Of a stretch of 38,621 nucleotides of DNA, positions 28,373-37,625 are shown piece by piece. The notes under the pieces are model-generated. The model saw only the letters and a program-made list of their open reading frames with translations, did no database searches and was not told where the DNA came from. A program made the translations under genes and the position numbers. Source of the stretch: a virus (taxonomy: Duplodnaviria; Heunggongvirae; Uroviricota; Caudoviricetes); IMG/VR virus record IMGVR_UViG_2851955134_000002; one strand, 5' to 3'. Numbering within the stretch: the stretch's first letter is position 1; each line of letters begins with the position of its first letter.

Positions 28373-28495
28373 ATTTCCCGAATATCACCATTGCCTTCAT
28401 CGGGCGATTTATATATAGTGAGAATGTATTGACAACATTTGCTTTTCTTCCATAACGGGTATAAGGGAGTGTTTTTTACACTCCCTTCTTTTTAT

Positions 28496-28954
28496 TCAGA
28501 ATGCCGCTGTCGCCATTTTGTCTTTAAGCGTGTTCAGTAATTCACCCGCAGAAGCTGACTGAAGTTTCTCCCTCATATCCTCATCACACCGCTGAAAACT
28601 GACAGAAAACTCAATCTTTTTTGCCTTTCCGTAACGATCCAGTTCGGAGCGGGTGGTCTGTAATCCCGTAATCACGTACATTCCGTAAATCTGCCCCGTG
28701 CCATCAATCAGCGGCCAGGGACATCCGGTGTAGGCCTGAGTGTTCAGTAGTGTCAGTGACACCTCACCGCCGGTAATTTCGGGATACAACATGCCGGACA
28801 GCGTGATCTGATCATCACCTGCACCAATATACTGCCAGGCCGCAGAGCGGTTAATGCGCTCATTTTTCACATGTCGCCATGTTTTGCTCTGCTGGATCTG
28901 CTGATGCGGCAGTGTCTTCAGTTCAAACACAAACATGCCAAAAATCATCATCAT
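28496..28954 (-). CDS. U: Tail protein U (P2 gpU-like)
   Basis: Start at the MMM triplet (MMMIFGMFVFEL...) with an AAGGAG RBS, as at the N-terminus of P2 U; the track ORF begins on an upstream GTG. Confidence 0.8.
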   Translation of the reverse strand: MMMIFGMFVFELKTLPHQQIQQSKTWRHVKNERINRSAAWQYIGAGDDQITLSGMLYPEITGGEVSLTLLNTQAYTGCPWPLIDGTGQIYGMYVITGLQTTRSELDRYGKAKKIEFSVSFQRCDEDMREKLQSASAGELLNTLKDKMATAAF

Positions 28955-28967
28955 AATTGCGTCTCCT

Positions 28968-31900
28968 TTAGTCCCTGTCACGGAAGCTGTTCATGCCTGT
29001 ACGCGCCTGTCTGCGCATCTCTTCGCGGACAGCCTCACCAACCAGTGTTGCCAGTTCACGCGGATTCTGTGTGTTGACGTTGTGCAGATGCACATGTATC
29101 TCACCGGAAAATGCCGCAGCCTGCGTTTGTGGCGCGGTTTCTTTTTTGACGGACTCCGGTCGCAGCGGTGGACGGATAACCTCCGCAACAGGAACAGATA
29201 AAGCCACATCTCCACCCGGGCCGTTTACAGCCTCACGCACGCGCTGAATACCGGCAACCAGCTCTGCATTTGCCTCGTTGTGCTGCGGCTGTGACAGCGT
29301 GGACACCTGACGGGCCACGCTCACCACTGGCGCAGGCACATTCACTGCCGGCATCAGAACGTTAACCACGGGGGAAGGCAAAGCACCCTCTCCACCCGGA
29401 CTGTTCACCGCCTCATGCACACGCTGAATACCGGCAACCAGTTCTGCATTTGCCTCGTTGTGCTGCGGCTGTGACAGCGTGGACACCTGACGGGCCACGC
29501 TCACCACTGGCGCAGGCACATTCACTGCCGGCATCAGAACGTTAACCACGGGGGAAGGCAAAGCCCCCTCTCCACCCGAACTGTTCACCGCCTCATGCAC
29601 ACGCTGAATACCGGCAACCAGTTCTGTATTTTCCTCGTTGTGCTGCGGCTGTGACAGCGTGGACACCTGACGGGCCACGCTCACCACTGGCGCAGGCACA
29701 TTCACTGCCGGCATCAGAACGTTAACCACGGGGGAAGGCAAAGCACCCTCTCCACCCGGACTGTTCACCGCCTCATGCACACGCTGAATACCGGCAACCA
29801 GCTCTGCATTTGCCTCGTTGTGCTGCGGCTGTGACAGCGTGGACACCTGACGGGCCACGCTCACCACTGGCGCAGGCACATTCACTGCCGGCATCAGAAC
29901 GTTAACCACGGGGGAAGGCAAAGCCCCCTCTCCACCCGAACTGTTCACCGCCTCATGCACACGCTGAATACCGGCAACCAGTTCTGTATTTTCCTCGTTG
30001 TGCTGCGGCTGTGACAGCGTGGACACCTGACGGGCCACGCTCACCACTGGCGCAGGCACATTCACTGCCGGCATCAGAACGTTAACCACGGGGGAAGGCA
30101 AAGCACCCTCTCCACCCGGACTGTTCACCGCCTCATGCACACGCTGAATACCGGCAACCAGTTCTGCATTTGCCTCGTTGTGCTGCGGCTGTGACAGCGT
30201 GGACACCTGACGGGCCACACTCACCACTGGCGCAGGAATATTCACGGCCGGAACGGGTGAAACAGTCTGTCTTCCGGTGAGTTTCTGCCAGAGCGTTGTC
30301 AGCGCATCCGCCACTCCTCCGCCCGCCGATACCGCCTGCACTGTCCGGATAACCTGCGGCGCTTTCCACTCGCCGTGAATGATTTCGGGCGCTGGCAGAT
30401 TTTTGAAAACAATATCGCCGGGGCCAGTACGTTTTTTGGTTTCCTCAAGAAGCCCGCCTGTATTGCTGGCGGTTTTCTGTATCCCCTGCCGGAACCATGC
30501 CTCATCCAGCGGGGATTTGCTGCCGGGTTTGCCGACCGGATTGTCCGCCGTTCCCCTCACCTCTCCGGGAACAGCAGGGGCAGGTTTATTGTCACCGTTG
30601 TTTTCCGCTGCATCTGATGACCACGACCATGTTTTCTGCACCATTTTTTTCTGTGCAGGATCCCACTCCCACACAACCGGCGCTTTTTGTGTGGCCTGTT
30701 TTGCGGCACTCTCCTGGAGTTTTTGTGTCTCCTTCTGTGCCTCTTTGATGCCGTCCGGGATGACACCCAGCCACTTCAGCACGGTACCGAGACCATCAAG
30801 GAGCAGCGTCAGCGGCCCCAGCACAATGTTCTGAATGACCCACCCCAGCGTTTTGCCGAACGACTCCCCGGCACTGGTGCATTTGTCGAGCGTCTCTTTT
30901 GAGGCGTTCGCAGGTTCAAGCAGGCGGGTGAACCACTCCCACACAGCTTTAATGCCGTCGCCAATCAGCCCGAACACCGGAGCCAGCGATGCAAAGGCTT
31001 CCCGCAGCGGTTGCAGCGCCTCCCACACTCCGGCAAAAAAGCCGGAAAAAAACGCGCTGATCTGATCCCAGCATCTCCACACCAGAACCGCGCCGCCCAC
31101 CAGGGCGGCAACAATCAGCCCGACCGGGCTGAACAGCGCCCCCAGTGCGCCCCCCAGTACCGACACCGCCCCTGTGACCAGTCCCCACAGGGAAGACAAT
31201 CCCGTCAGGCGCAGCGCCAGCGCGGACACAAGCCGGACAGCCCCACCAATGCCACCGCCCCCCGTCAGCAGCCCCAGCCCCAGTTGCAGTTTTGCCAGTG
31301 GCCCCGCAATCAGCCCGAGCGTCAGTGACAGCGCACCGAATGTGGAAGACAGCGCCAGAACACTCCCGCCCGCCAGTACCAGCACCCTGACCAGCGCCTG
31401 ATGCTCACCGACCCATTCGCGCATCCGGCTCACCCACGCGCTCACCGTCTGAACCAGACCGCGCAAATCCTCCGTCACTGTACCGAAGATGTCCGTGCGT
31501 AGCCCTGAGAACGCGCCACTCAGCGCCTGAACATCGCCGGAAAGATTACCGCGCAGCGTCTGCCCCATGCGGTCTGCCACGCCGCTGACATCACCCAGGT
31601 TGTCACGGACATCGGCCAGCGCCTTTAAGAACTGCGGGATCTGGTCAACGGAGAGGTCTTCAACGGGTGTGCCGAACAGCGCAATGGCCGTGTTCGCCCG
31701 CTCTGCCGGGTCACGGATGGCCAGCAGTGCACGGGCGGTCACCTGCATCGCCTGACGTGCGTTGCTGCCCCCCTGTGCAATGGCAGCAGACACCCGTTCG
31801 GCATTCAGGCCGAGTGTCTCATACGCTGAGACACTGGATTTCGACATATCCGAACCCCGGATGCTGAACTCCTTCACGGCATCGCCGGTTTTATCCAGCG

Positions 31901-33011
31901 CAAACTTGCCCTGCTTCGCCATCTCAACCAGCAGGCTCATTGTCTCGCTGCCGGTGAAGCCCATGTTGCGGAAGTGGGTGGAATACTCATGCAGAATTTC
32001 CGGCAGTTCATCGCGCATTTCAGCGGACATGCGCTGCATCCCTGCCGTCATCAGGTTGGTGGCCTCGTCACTGCTGGCGGCCAGCCCGTTCTTCATCATG
32101 ATGGCTGCAGCCTGAATGCTCTGCGGCACATCAACACCAAAGACGGTCCGCATGTCCAGCGCGCGACGACTGATGCGCTCCAGTTCCCGGTCGCCGGTGT
32201 CGCCCAGCGCACCGAGCGTGCTGCGTACCGCACTCACGGCCTCCGCAGCACCGGCAAAATCAGCGAGACCGTCAGCCTGTATGTTACGGATGATGTGAGT
32301 GTAACGTGCGCCATCCTCTGCGCCTTCCCCCGAACCGGCTGCGATAACCGCGCCGTGCTGTTCGAATTCCATCGCCGGAGCCATCATGCGCTGCGCCGCA
32401 TACAGGCCACCTGTACCCGCCGCCATCGCCACAGCCCCTGTGTTGCGCAGTTTTTCCGCCTGAGCCTTCGCGGCCTCATAGCGGTTCTGTGCCTGCGTCA
32501 CGCGAGCCAGCACCTGCCGTTCGCGCTCGAGCTGCTCGTTGTACTGCTGTGTGCGGCGAACGGCACTTTCGATGGTCCGGCTGCTACCGGAAAGCAGAAT
32601 GCCGTGTCTGCGCATTTCCCCTGCCGCCGCCTGAAGTTTTTCGCGTTCGCGCGTGCGCAGCTCGTTCAGGCGCTCAAGACGTGCAGACAGCGCCGTCATC
32701 ATCTCCCGCTGCTTTTCAGAGAGGGTGTTGCCGTCCTGCTCTGCCTTTCGCAGCCCGGCGAGCCTCTGCTCCGCGCGGGCAATCTGTTCGCGATATTTAC
32801 TGAGATTTCCGGCGGCACGATCGAACACCTTCGACTGCCTGTCGAGCGCCTGTATGTTGTTCTGCGTCTTCTGAAGGGATTCAGTGAGAGCGCCCACCTG
32901 ACGGCGGGCGTTTTCGGTCGGGCGTGTCAGCCGGTCGATTGCGCCAAAGCTGACACGAATATCAAGGGATTTCACTGTTGCGGACTCCGCTGCGTTGCGC
33001 CGCCCGCTCAC
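28968..33011 (-). CDS. T: Tail tape-measure protein (P2 gpT-like), expanded by tandem repeats
   Basis: 1347 aa between E and U; coiled-coil N-terminal part, glycine-rich TM-like central segments and six tandem 60-aa repeats near the C-terminus; GTG start. Confidence 0.85.
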   Translation of the reverse strand: MSGRRNAAESATVKSLDIRVSFGAIDRLTRPTENARRQVGALTESLQKTQNNIQALDRQSKVFDRAAGNLSKYREQIARAEQRLAGLRKAEQDGNTLSEKQREMMTALSARLERLNELRTREREKLQAAAGEMRRHGILLSGSSRTIESAVRRTQQYNEQLERERQVLARVTQAQNRYEAAKAQAEKLRNTGAVAMAAGTGGLYAAQRMMAPAMEFEQHGAVIAAGSGEGAEDGARYTHIIRNIQADGLADFAGAAEAVSAVRSTLGALGDTGDRELERISRRALDMRTVFGVDVPQSIQAAAIMMKNGLAASSDEATNLMTAGMQRMSAEMRDELPEILHEYSTHFRNMGFTGSETMSLLVEMAKQGKFALDKTGDAVKEFSIRGSDMSKSSVSAYETLGLNAERVSAAIAQGGSNARQAMQVTARALLAIRDPAERANTAIALFGTPVEDLSVDQIPQFLKALADVRDNLGDVSGVADRMGQTLRGNLSGDVQALSGAFSGLRTDIFGTVTEDLRGLVQTVSAWVSRMREWVGEHQALVRVLVLAGGSVLALSSTFGALSLTLGLIAGPLAKLQLGLGLLTGGGGIGGAVRLVSALALRLTGLSSLWGLVTGAVSVLGGALGALFSPVGLIVAALVGGAVLVWRCWDQISAFFSGFFAGVWEALQPLREAFASLAPVFGLIGDGIKAVWEWFTRLLEPANASKETLDKCTSAGESFGKTLGWVIQNIVLGPLTLLLDGLGTVLKWLGVIPDGIKEAQKETQKLQESAAKQATQKAPVVWEWDPAQKKMVQKTWSWSSDAAENNGDNKPAPAVPGEVRGTADNPVGKPGSKSPLDEAWFRQGIQKTASNTGGLLEETKKRTGPGDIVFKNLPAPEIIHGEWKAPQVIRTVQAVSAGGGVADALTTLWQKLTGRQTVSPVPAVNIPAPVVSVARQVSTLSQPQHNEANAELVAGIQRVHEAVNSPGGEGALPSPVVNVLMPAVNVPAPVVSVARQVSTLSQPQHNEENTELVAGIQRVHEAVNSSGGEGALPSPVVNVLMPAVNVPAPVVSVARQVSTLSQPQHNEANAELVAGIQRVHEAVNSPGGEGALPSPVVNVLMPAVNVPAPVVSVARQVSTLSQPQHNEENTELVAGIQRVHEAVNSSGGEGALPSPVVNVLMPAVNVPAPVVSVARQVSTLSQPQHNEANAELVAGIQRVHEAVNSPGGEGALPSPVVNVLMPAVNVPAPVVSVARQVSTLSQPQHNEANAELVAGIQRVREAVNGPGGDVALSVPVAEVIRPPLRPESVKKETAPQTQAAAFSGEIHVHLHNVNTQNPRELATLVGEAVREEMRRQARTGMNSFRDRD
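29211..30235 (-). repeat. In-frame tandem repeat inside the tape-measure gene: about 5.7 copies of a 180-bp unit
   Basis: Units at 29341, 29521, 29701, 29881 and 30061 are nearly identical and alternate between two variants (protein NEANAELV...NSPGGEG versus NEENTELV...NSSGGEG), so the true unit is 360 bp in about three copies. Confidence 0.9.
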
Positions 33012-33542
33012 GCCAGCTCATCACCTCGACGAGAGGCATTGAGAATATCTCGCCGGGCGACCAGTTAAACACGACTGCTATATCAGCGACCAGTTCTTCA
33101 ACGTTGTCGAACTTCGCCAGCGTGATTACGCTTCCATCACCGCCACGGACGGTTTCGCAGACTCCGTGGGAGCAAAAAAATTCGCAGCCATAGTCGCCAG
33201 CGCCACGAAATCACCGGTGGACAGTGACTGAATTTCTGCCAGTTTCAGGCGTGGTGCGGTCACGCGCGAAAGCAGCGTCATCATCGGGTCCGTTTTGAGG
33301 TTCAGCACCTCAATCAGCGACAGCCCGCGCAACGAGCCTGCCTGACGGATTTCCTCGCCAATCTCCACGTAGTCAATAACGCGTTCGCCACGCACCACCG
33401 GGCAGGATAACTTCACCCCCGTTTTTTCCTCTGCGGCTTCTGCGTTATCCGCAGTGTTTTCCTCTGCCACATCGATGTTTTCAGTGGTGGTGTCACCTGC
33501 GACGATTTCGCTGTTCATGATGTCATCTTTCTTTGCTGCCAT
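32962..33542 (-). CDS. E: Tail assembly chaperone E with predicted -1 frameshift extension E' (slippery T TTT TTT at 33172-33180)
   Basis: The E ORF (33126-33542) ends soon after a TTTTTTT run; the -1 frame is open from that site to a stop at 32962-32964, overlapping the T start, as in P2 E/E'. Confidence 0.6.
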
Positions 33543-33587
33543 TTTCTTTCTCCTGTGGCGGCACGGCGTGCCGCCCTGTTAATACTG

Positions 33588-34103
33588 TCAGTTCAGACCG
33601 AGCGCCGAACTCACGCGGTCACCAAAGACGTTCTGGCCGTCTTTTTTGTAGATGAAGTTCAGCAGGTCGATTTCTGTCACATCGCTGTCATCCACCGACT
33701 CCTTGTAGTAGGTGTTTTTGACGGCGAAGGTGTACTGTGTGGTGTCGCCCTGTTTGGTTTCGCCACGGTCGATTTCCGTGATGCGTCCGCGCATCTCCAC
33801 CTCAAGGAGCTGACTTTCCTCACCATCGGTGAACAGCTCACCCACAAAGCGCAGCGCCACTTCGTTAATGTCAGTGGCGTATTCCTGGAGCAACTCTTTT
33901 TCAACACCGCCGGTGGTGAATGAGGCATCCAGTGCGCTGTCATCCAGTCCGAGGTCAATATGCACCGCACCCAGCATCCCGCCACCGCGATAGGCTTCGG
34001 TTTTTCGGGTCAGTTTAGGCAGAGTGACGCCTGTCACCGTGCCGATTTTGTTTTTGCCGTTCACAAACAGCGTGAACTGGCGAACGTAACGTGGTACAGC
34101 CAT
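33588..34103 (-). CDS. FII: Tail tube protein (P2 gpFII-like)
   Basis: 171 aa, ATG start directly after the sheath gene stop; size and position match P2 FII. Confidence 0.85.
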   Translation of the reverse strand: MAVPRYVRQFTLFVNGKNKIGTVTGVTLPKLTRKTEAYRGGGMLGAVHIDLGLDDSALDASFTTGGVEKELLQEYATDINEVALRFVGELFTDGEESQLLEVEMRGRITEIDRGETKQGDTTQYTFAVKNTYYKESVDDSDVTEIDLLNFIYKKDGQNVFGDRVSSALGLN

Positions 34104-35285
34104 TTACGCACCTCCCAGCGTTGCAAAAGCGGAGTCGAAATACTCATCCGTGAAGGTCTGGTACAGCGTCAGGTCTTCCATCGGCGGCACTGGTGTGTAC
34201 TTGTAGCGGATACGCACGCGCCCCTGACGTAAATCCGTCGTGCCGTTGTCCAGCACGTCATACCAGCACTCCGCACCGATAAGTTTTCCGGCGGTGACCA
34301 GGGCATTGAGTTTTGCGCGGATGGCGCTAATCACGTCCTTCACGTTCGCCGGGGTCAGCGGTTCGTCAATGGTTTCGAACTGTGCTTCGGCGATGGTATC
34401 TGCCAGAATCTGCGCTGTGCGCGTGTACACCTCAAAGATGTAGTCGCTGGTTTCGGCGGTACGGTTCCCCCAGAAGCGGAAGCCGTTACGGCGAATAATC
34501 GTGGTGATTTCCTTGTTGTTCAGGTTGTTCGCATCACTGTCTTCGGCCTGCAACGACCAGAACACCTGCTGCGACATACCGAGCACATTTTTCAGCGCCA
34601 CGTTGGACAGTGACTTATGCCAGCCCTGCTCACTGTCAATCCGCGCACGCAACCCGCACGCATACGCCGCTGCCGGAAACGTTTCGTTATTTCCGCTCAC
34701 CGGGTTGTAGGCAATGAAGTCAGGCCACAGCAGCATCAGCTCACGCGCGGAGAACTTAGCGCGGTAAGTGATTGCCTCCGCCATCGTGTCACAGCCGTTA
34801 CATCCGGCGTACACAAAGGCGCGGAGCTTGTCCGCAATGACGCACAGGGCAGATGTGACAGCTTCGGTATCAAGGCCGGGAGCCGCCAGAATACGCGGGC
34901 GGTAACCAATGCTCTCATCCTGTTCGGCAACCAGCAGGGCATACATGCCCGTGTAGCTGCCGTCAGCCTGCGAGCCACCAATAACAAGCTGATCCTGTGT
35001 CTCACCTTCCTCTCCGGCTTCTGCCACACGCACCACGATAACCTTCGGGCTGGTCTGGTCGGAAATCGCCTTGAGCGTTTTGTACAGCGTGCCTGTTGTG
35101 CCTGCCTTACCCAACACATTCGCCACGCGGGTGATCAGTACGGGCTTGTTTAACGGGAACGCGTCGCTGTCTGCATCGTCCGCCGTGGCCACGATACCGA
35201 TGACACTGGAATCAATGTCATTAATCGCGGTCACGAGGTCGGTGTTTTCTTTGACGCGTGCGCCGTGAAAGCGTGTTTCACTCAT
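34104..35285 (-). CDS. FI: Tail sheath protein (P2 gpFI-like)
   Basis: 393 aa from the ATG with AGGAGG RBS; the TADDAD..FPLNKPVLIT N-terminal region resembles P2 FI as I recall it. Confidence 0.9.
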   Translation of the reverse strand: MSETRFHGARVKENTDLVTAINDIDSSVIGIVATADDADSDAFPLNKPVLITRVANVLGKAGTTGTLYKTLKAISDQTSPKVIVVRVAEAGEEGETQDQLVIGGSQADGSYTGMYALLVAEQDESIGYRPRILAAPGLDTEAVTSALCVIADKLRAFVYAGCNGCDTMAEAITYRAKFSARELMLLWPDFIAYNPVSGNNETFPAAAYACGLRARIDSEQGWHKSLSNVALKNVLGMSQQVFWSLQAEDSDANNLNNKEITTIIRRNGFRFWGNRTAETSDYIFEVYTRTAQILADTIAEAQFETIDEPLTPANVKDVISAIRAKLNALVTAGKLIGAECWYDVLDNGTTDLRQGRVRIRYKYTPVPPMEDLTLYQTFTDEYFDSAFATLGGA

Positions 35286-35446
35286 GAGCACCTCCTGGTG
35301 TTATTTGTGGTGCTATCCTCCCGAAAAACGCCACGACATTCACGCGCCGCCCCTTCTCGCCGCTCTCCTACAACATGCGCGGCTCGCGGTGTATTTCGCG
35401 TGTGTGGAATGATTTGCAGGACGAAGACACAGACGGAGAAAGCGGG

Positions 35447-36580
35447 ATGAACCTTTCGGGCATTAACGGATACCTCGCCGGGCTGGCAGAGTGCGTGAAG
35501 ATACCGGATTTTTCCGTCACAACTGACAACGCGGAAACCGGAAAAAAAGAGGAAAACGAGGCGTTAACCCGACGGGTCATCTCGCTGGCAATGACCGACA
35601 ACCGGGGATTTGAAGCAGACCAGTTAACCCTCACGATTGACGACAGCGACGGCGGCGTGCGTCTCCCGAAGCGCGGGCAGAAGCTGGGGCTGGCGCTGGG
35701 CTGGAAAGGTGAGGCACTGACGGACAAGGGAGCCTTCATCGTTGACGAGGTGACACACGAGGGACCGCCGGACAGACTCACCATTACGGCCAGCAGCGCA
35801 GACTTCCGCCAGGAGTTCAACGTGAAGCGTGAAGTGTCCTGGCATGACGTGACGGTGGGACAGGTTGTTTCTGCCATCGCGTACCGCTACGGGCTGAAAG
35901 CGCAAATCAGCGCCTCACTGGCAGGGGTGGAAATCGACCACGCCGACCAGACGGAGGAAAGCGACATCTCCTTCCTCACGCGCATGGCGGACATGCTGGG
36001 AGCAATCGCCACCGTCAAGAACGGCGCACTGCTTTTCATCGTGCCCGGACATGGGGTGAGCGCCAGCGGACAGCCGATGCCCTCATTCGCCATCACCCGC
36101 AGCAGCGGTGACAGCCATCACTTCCGCATTGCAGACCGGCAGGCGTACACGGGGGTACGCGCTTACTGGCTGGACCTGGACTATGGCAAAAAGAAAAAAG
36201 TCAGCGTGAAGAAACGTGGTTCTGCCCAAAAAACAAAAAAGGAGAAAAGCAGCAGCCGCGAGGGGGATTACATGGAGGGCGCAGACGGCAATGTGTACGT
36301 CATGCGCAAAACCTTCAAAAACGAGGAGGCTGCACGCCGTGCGGCGGCGGCAAAGTGGCAGCAGTTACAGCGCGGTGCGGCTGAGTTCTCCATCACACTG
36401 GCACGCGGTCGCCCCGACCTGTACCCCGAAATGCGCGGCACGGTATCCGGTTTCAAGAGCGACATCGACGCGGAAGACTGGGTGCTGGCGAAGGTGGAGC
36501 ACAACATCGACGACAGCGGCTTCACCACGCGGCTTGAGCTGGAATTAAAAATTCCTGAATGGATAGCACAACAGGAATAA
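35447..36580 (+). CDS. D: Tail protein D (P2 gpD-like, late control gene D family)
   Basis: Start at MNLSGINGYLAG (ATG with GGAG upstream); directly precedes ogr as in P2. Confidence 0.8.
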   Translation: MNLSGINGYLAGLAECVKIPDFSVTTDNAETGKKEENEALTRRVISLAMTDNRGFEADQLTLTIDDSDGGVRLPKRGQKLGLALGWKGEALTDKGAFIVDEVTHEGPPDRLTITASSADFRQEFNVKREVSWHDVTVGQVVSAIAYRYGLKAQISASLAGVEIDHADQTEESDISFLTRMADMLGAIATVKNGALLFIVPGHGVSASGQPMPSFAITRSSGDSHHFRIADRQAYTGVRAYWLDLDYGKKKKVSVKKRGSAQKTKKEKSSSREGDYMEGADGNVYVMRKTFKNEEAARRAAAAKWQQLQRGAAEFSITLARGRPDLYPEMRGTVSGFKSDIDAEDWVLAKVEHNIDDSGFTTRLELELKIPEWIAQQE

Positions 36581-36630
36581 CCGGAATAAAATCACGACAA
36601 TTCACCTTCACGAAAAAGGAGGTCTTCGTC

Positions 36631-36888
36631 GTGTCTTTTCCGTGTCCTTTTTGTGGTGCGAGCACACGCACCCGCACCAGTCGCGCAGCGAACGATACCG
36701 GAACTGTCCGCTGGAAACTCTGCCAGTGCAACAACCCGGAATGCAGTCTCTCCTTCTCGACGCTGGAGAGTTTCGACAAAATCACTGTTAAACGTTATGG
36801 CAGCACTTCACAGGATATTCCGTGGCAAAGCCTGCCTGCGTCTCACCGGGGTGATGCGCAGTTGTCACTGCCGTTTCCGGTAATGTGA
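36631..36888 (+). CDS. ogr: Ogr/Delta-family zinc-finger late transcription activator
   Basis: GTG start 8 nt after AAGGAGG; CPFCG...(22 aa)...CQCNNPEC four-cysteine arrangement typical of Ogr. Confidence 0.75.
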   Translation: MSFPCPFCGASTRTRTSRAANDTGTVRWKLCQCNNPECSLSFSTLESFDKITVKRYGSTSQDIPWQSLPASHRGDAQLSLPFPVM

Positions 36889-37104
36889 TCGCCTGTATCT
36901 GTTTTTGACCCTGGAATTTTATTTGGAGAATTAACTCAGAAAACGGTAAATTACGCGCGGGTGCCTTTCGGCTGATGGTCGGAGGGAATACCCGAAAGCC
37001 GGATGTGGAAAGGCCCCGGAAAACATCTCTGTTTAACCGAGGCCCTAACCGTCTACCCTAAGCAAGTGACAGGTTAGCGCCTCTCCGAAAAAGGAGCAAG
37101 CGCT

Positions 37105-37245
37105 ATGTCGCAAAAATCGCTTACGGCCATCACGTTCTGCGTGACGGCAATCCTCATCATCTGGATGCTGCACGGTTCGCTGTGCGAAATACGGATGAGC
37201 TTCTGGGGAGCGGAATTTGCGGCGTTCTTACAGTGTAAGCAGTAA
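37105..37245 (+). CDS. hok: Hok/Gef-family type I toxin (46 aa)
   Basis: MSQKSLTAITFCVTAILIIWMLHGSLCEIRMSFWGAEFAAFLQCKQ: TM helix, then the SLCEI and AAFL-CK motifs of Hok/HokA; AAGGAG RBS 8 nt upstream; an 8-bp-stem hairpin follows the stop (37265-37286). Confidence 0.7.
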   Translation: MSQKSLTAITFCVTAILIIWMLHGSLCEIRMSFWGAEFAAFLQCKQ

Positions 37246-37331
37246 GGAAACCGCGACGGGGGAGCAATCCCCCGTCAATCGGTTGCCAGGGTAAGGTCGA
37301 CAAGGCACCCTATCTCACAGATATGAACAAA

Positions 37332-37363
37332 CCCGCAGCGTAAAAACTGCGGGTTTTCTTTTT
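37332..37363 (+). terminator. Rho-independent terminator downstream of the hok-like gene
   Basis: CCCGCAG-N8-CTGCGGG hairpin followed by TTTTCTTTTT. Confidence 0.55.
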
Positions 37364-37440
37364 GGCACCCTCACACGTAAGGGCACCATACACAAGACAA
37401 AGCCCGCAAAATTTGCGGGCTTACTCTACATCTCGAAAAT

Positions 37441-37459
37441 GTGGTCACTGCGTGGACAC
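37441..37459. repeat. attR core: right copy of the 19-bp direct repeat (gtggtcactgcgtggacac)
   Basis: Matches 11-29 at 18 of 19 positions; located after ogr/hok and before the gene outside the prophage. Confidence 0.7.
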
Positions 37460-37625
37460 GCGATGATATAAATCCTTTTATATCAATAAATTAAATATTT
37501 ATTTTTTTCATCAACAAGGATTTTCACGTTTGTGTTACCTGTATGAGACGAGAGTTAACCGGACAAGTGTGCCATAATCTCGCGGCCAGGCATACTTGCG
37601 AAGATTTCAGGTATAAGGATACGTA

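Noticed and set aside
29211-30235. Regular 180-bp tandem repeats that could be mistaken for a CRISPR array or non-coding VNTR
   Set aside because: No unique spacers; the unit is a multiple of 3 and stays in frame within the tape-measure ORF, encoding a coherent 60-aa repeat.
35292-35446. Ogr-type TGT-N12-ACA late promoter between FI and D
   Set aside because: No exact dyad found on manual scan; left unannotated.
36900-37104. A mok-like overlapping reading frame upstream of the hok-like gene
   Set aside because: The upstream small frames I translated end before the hok start, so there is no clear mok; regulation may differ from plasmid hok/sok or the leader may be degenerate.
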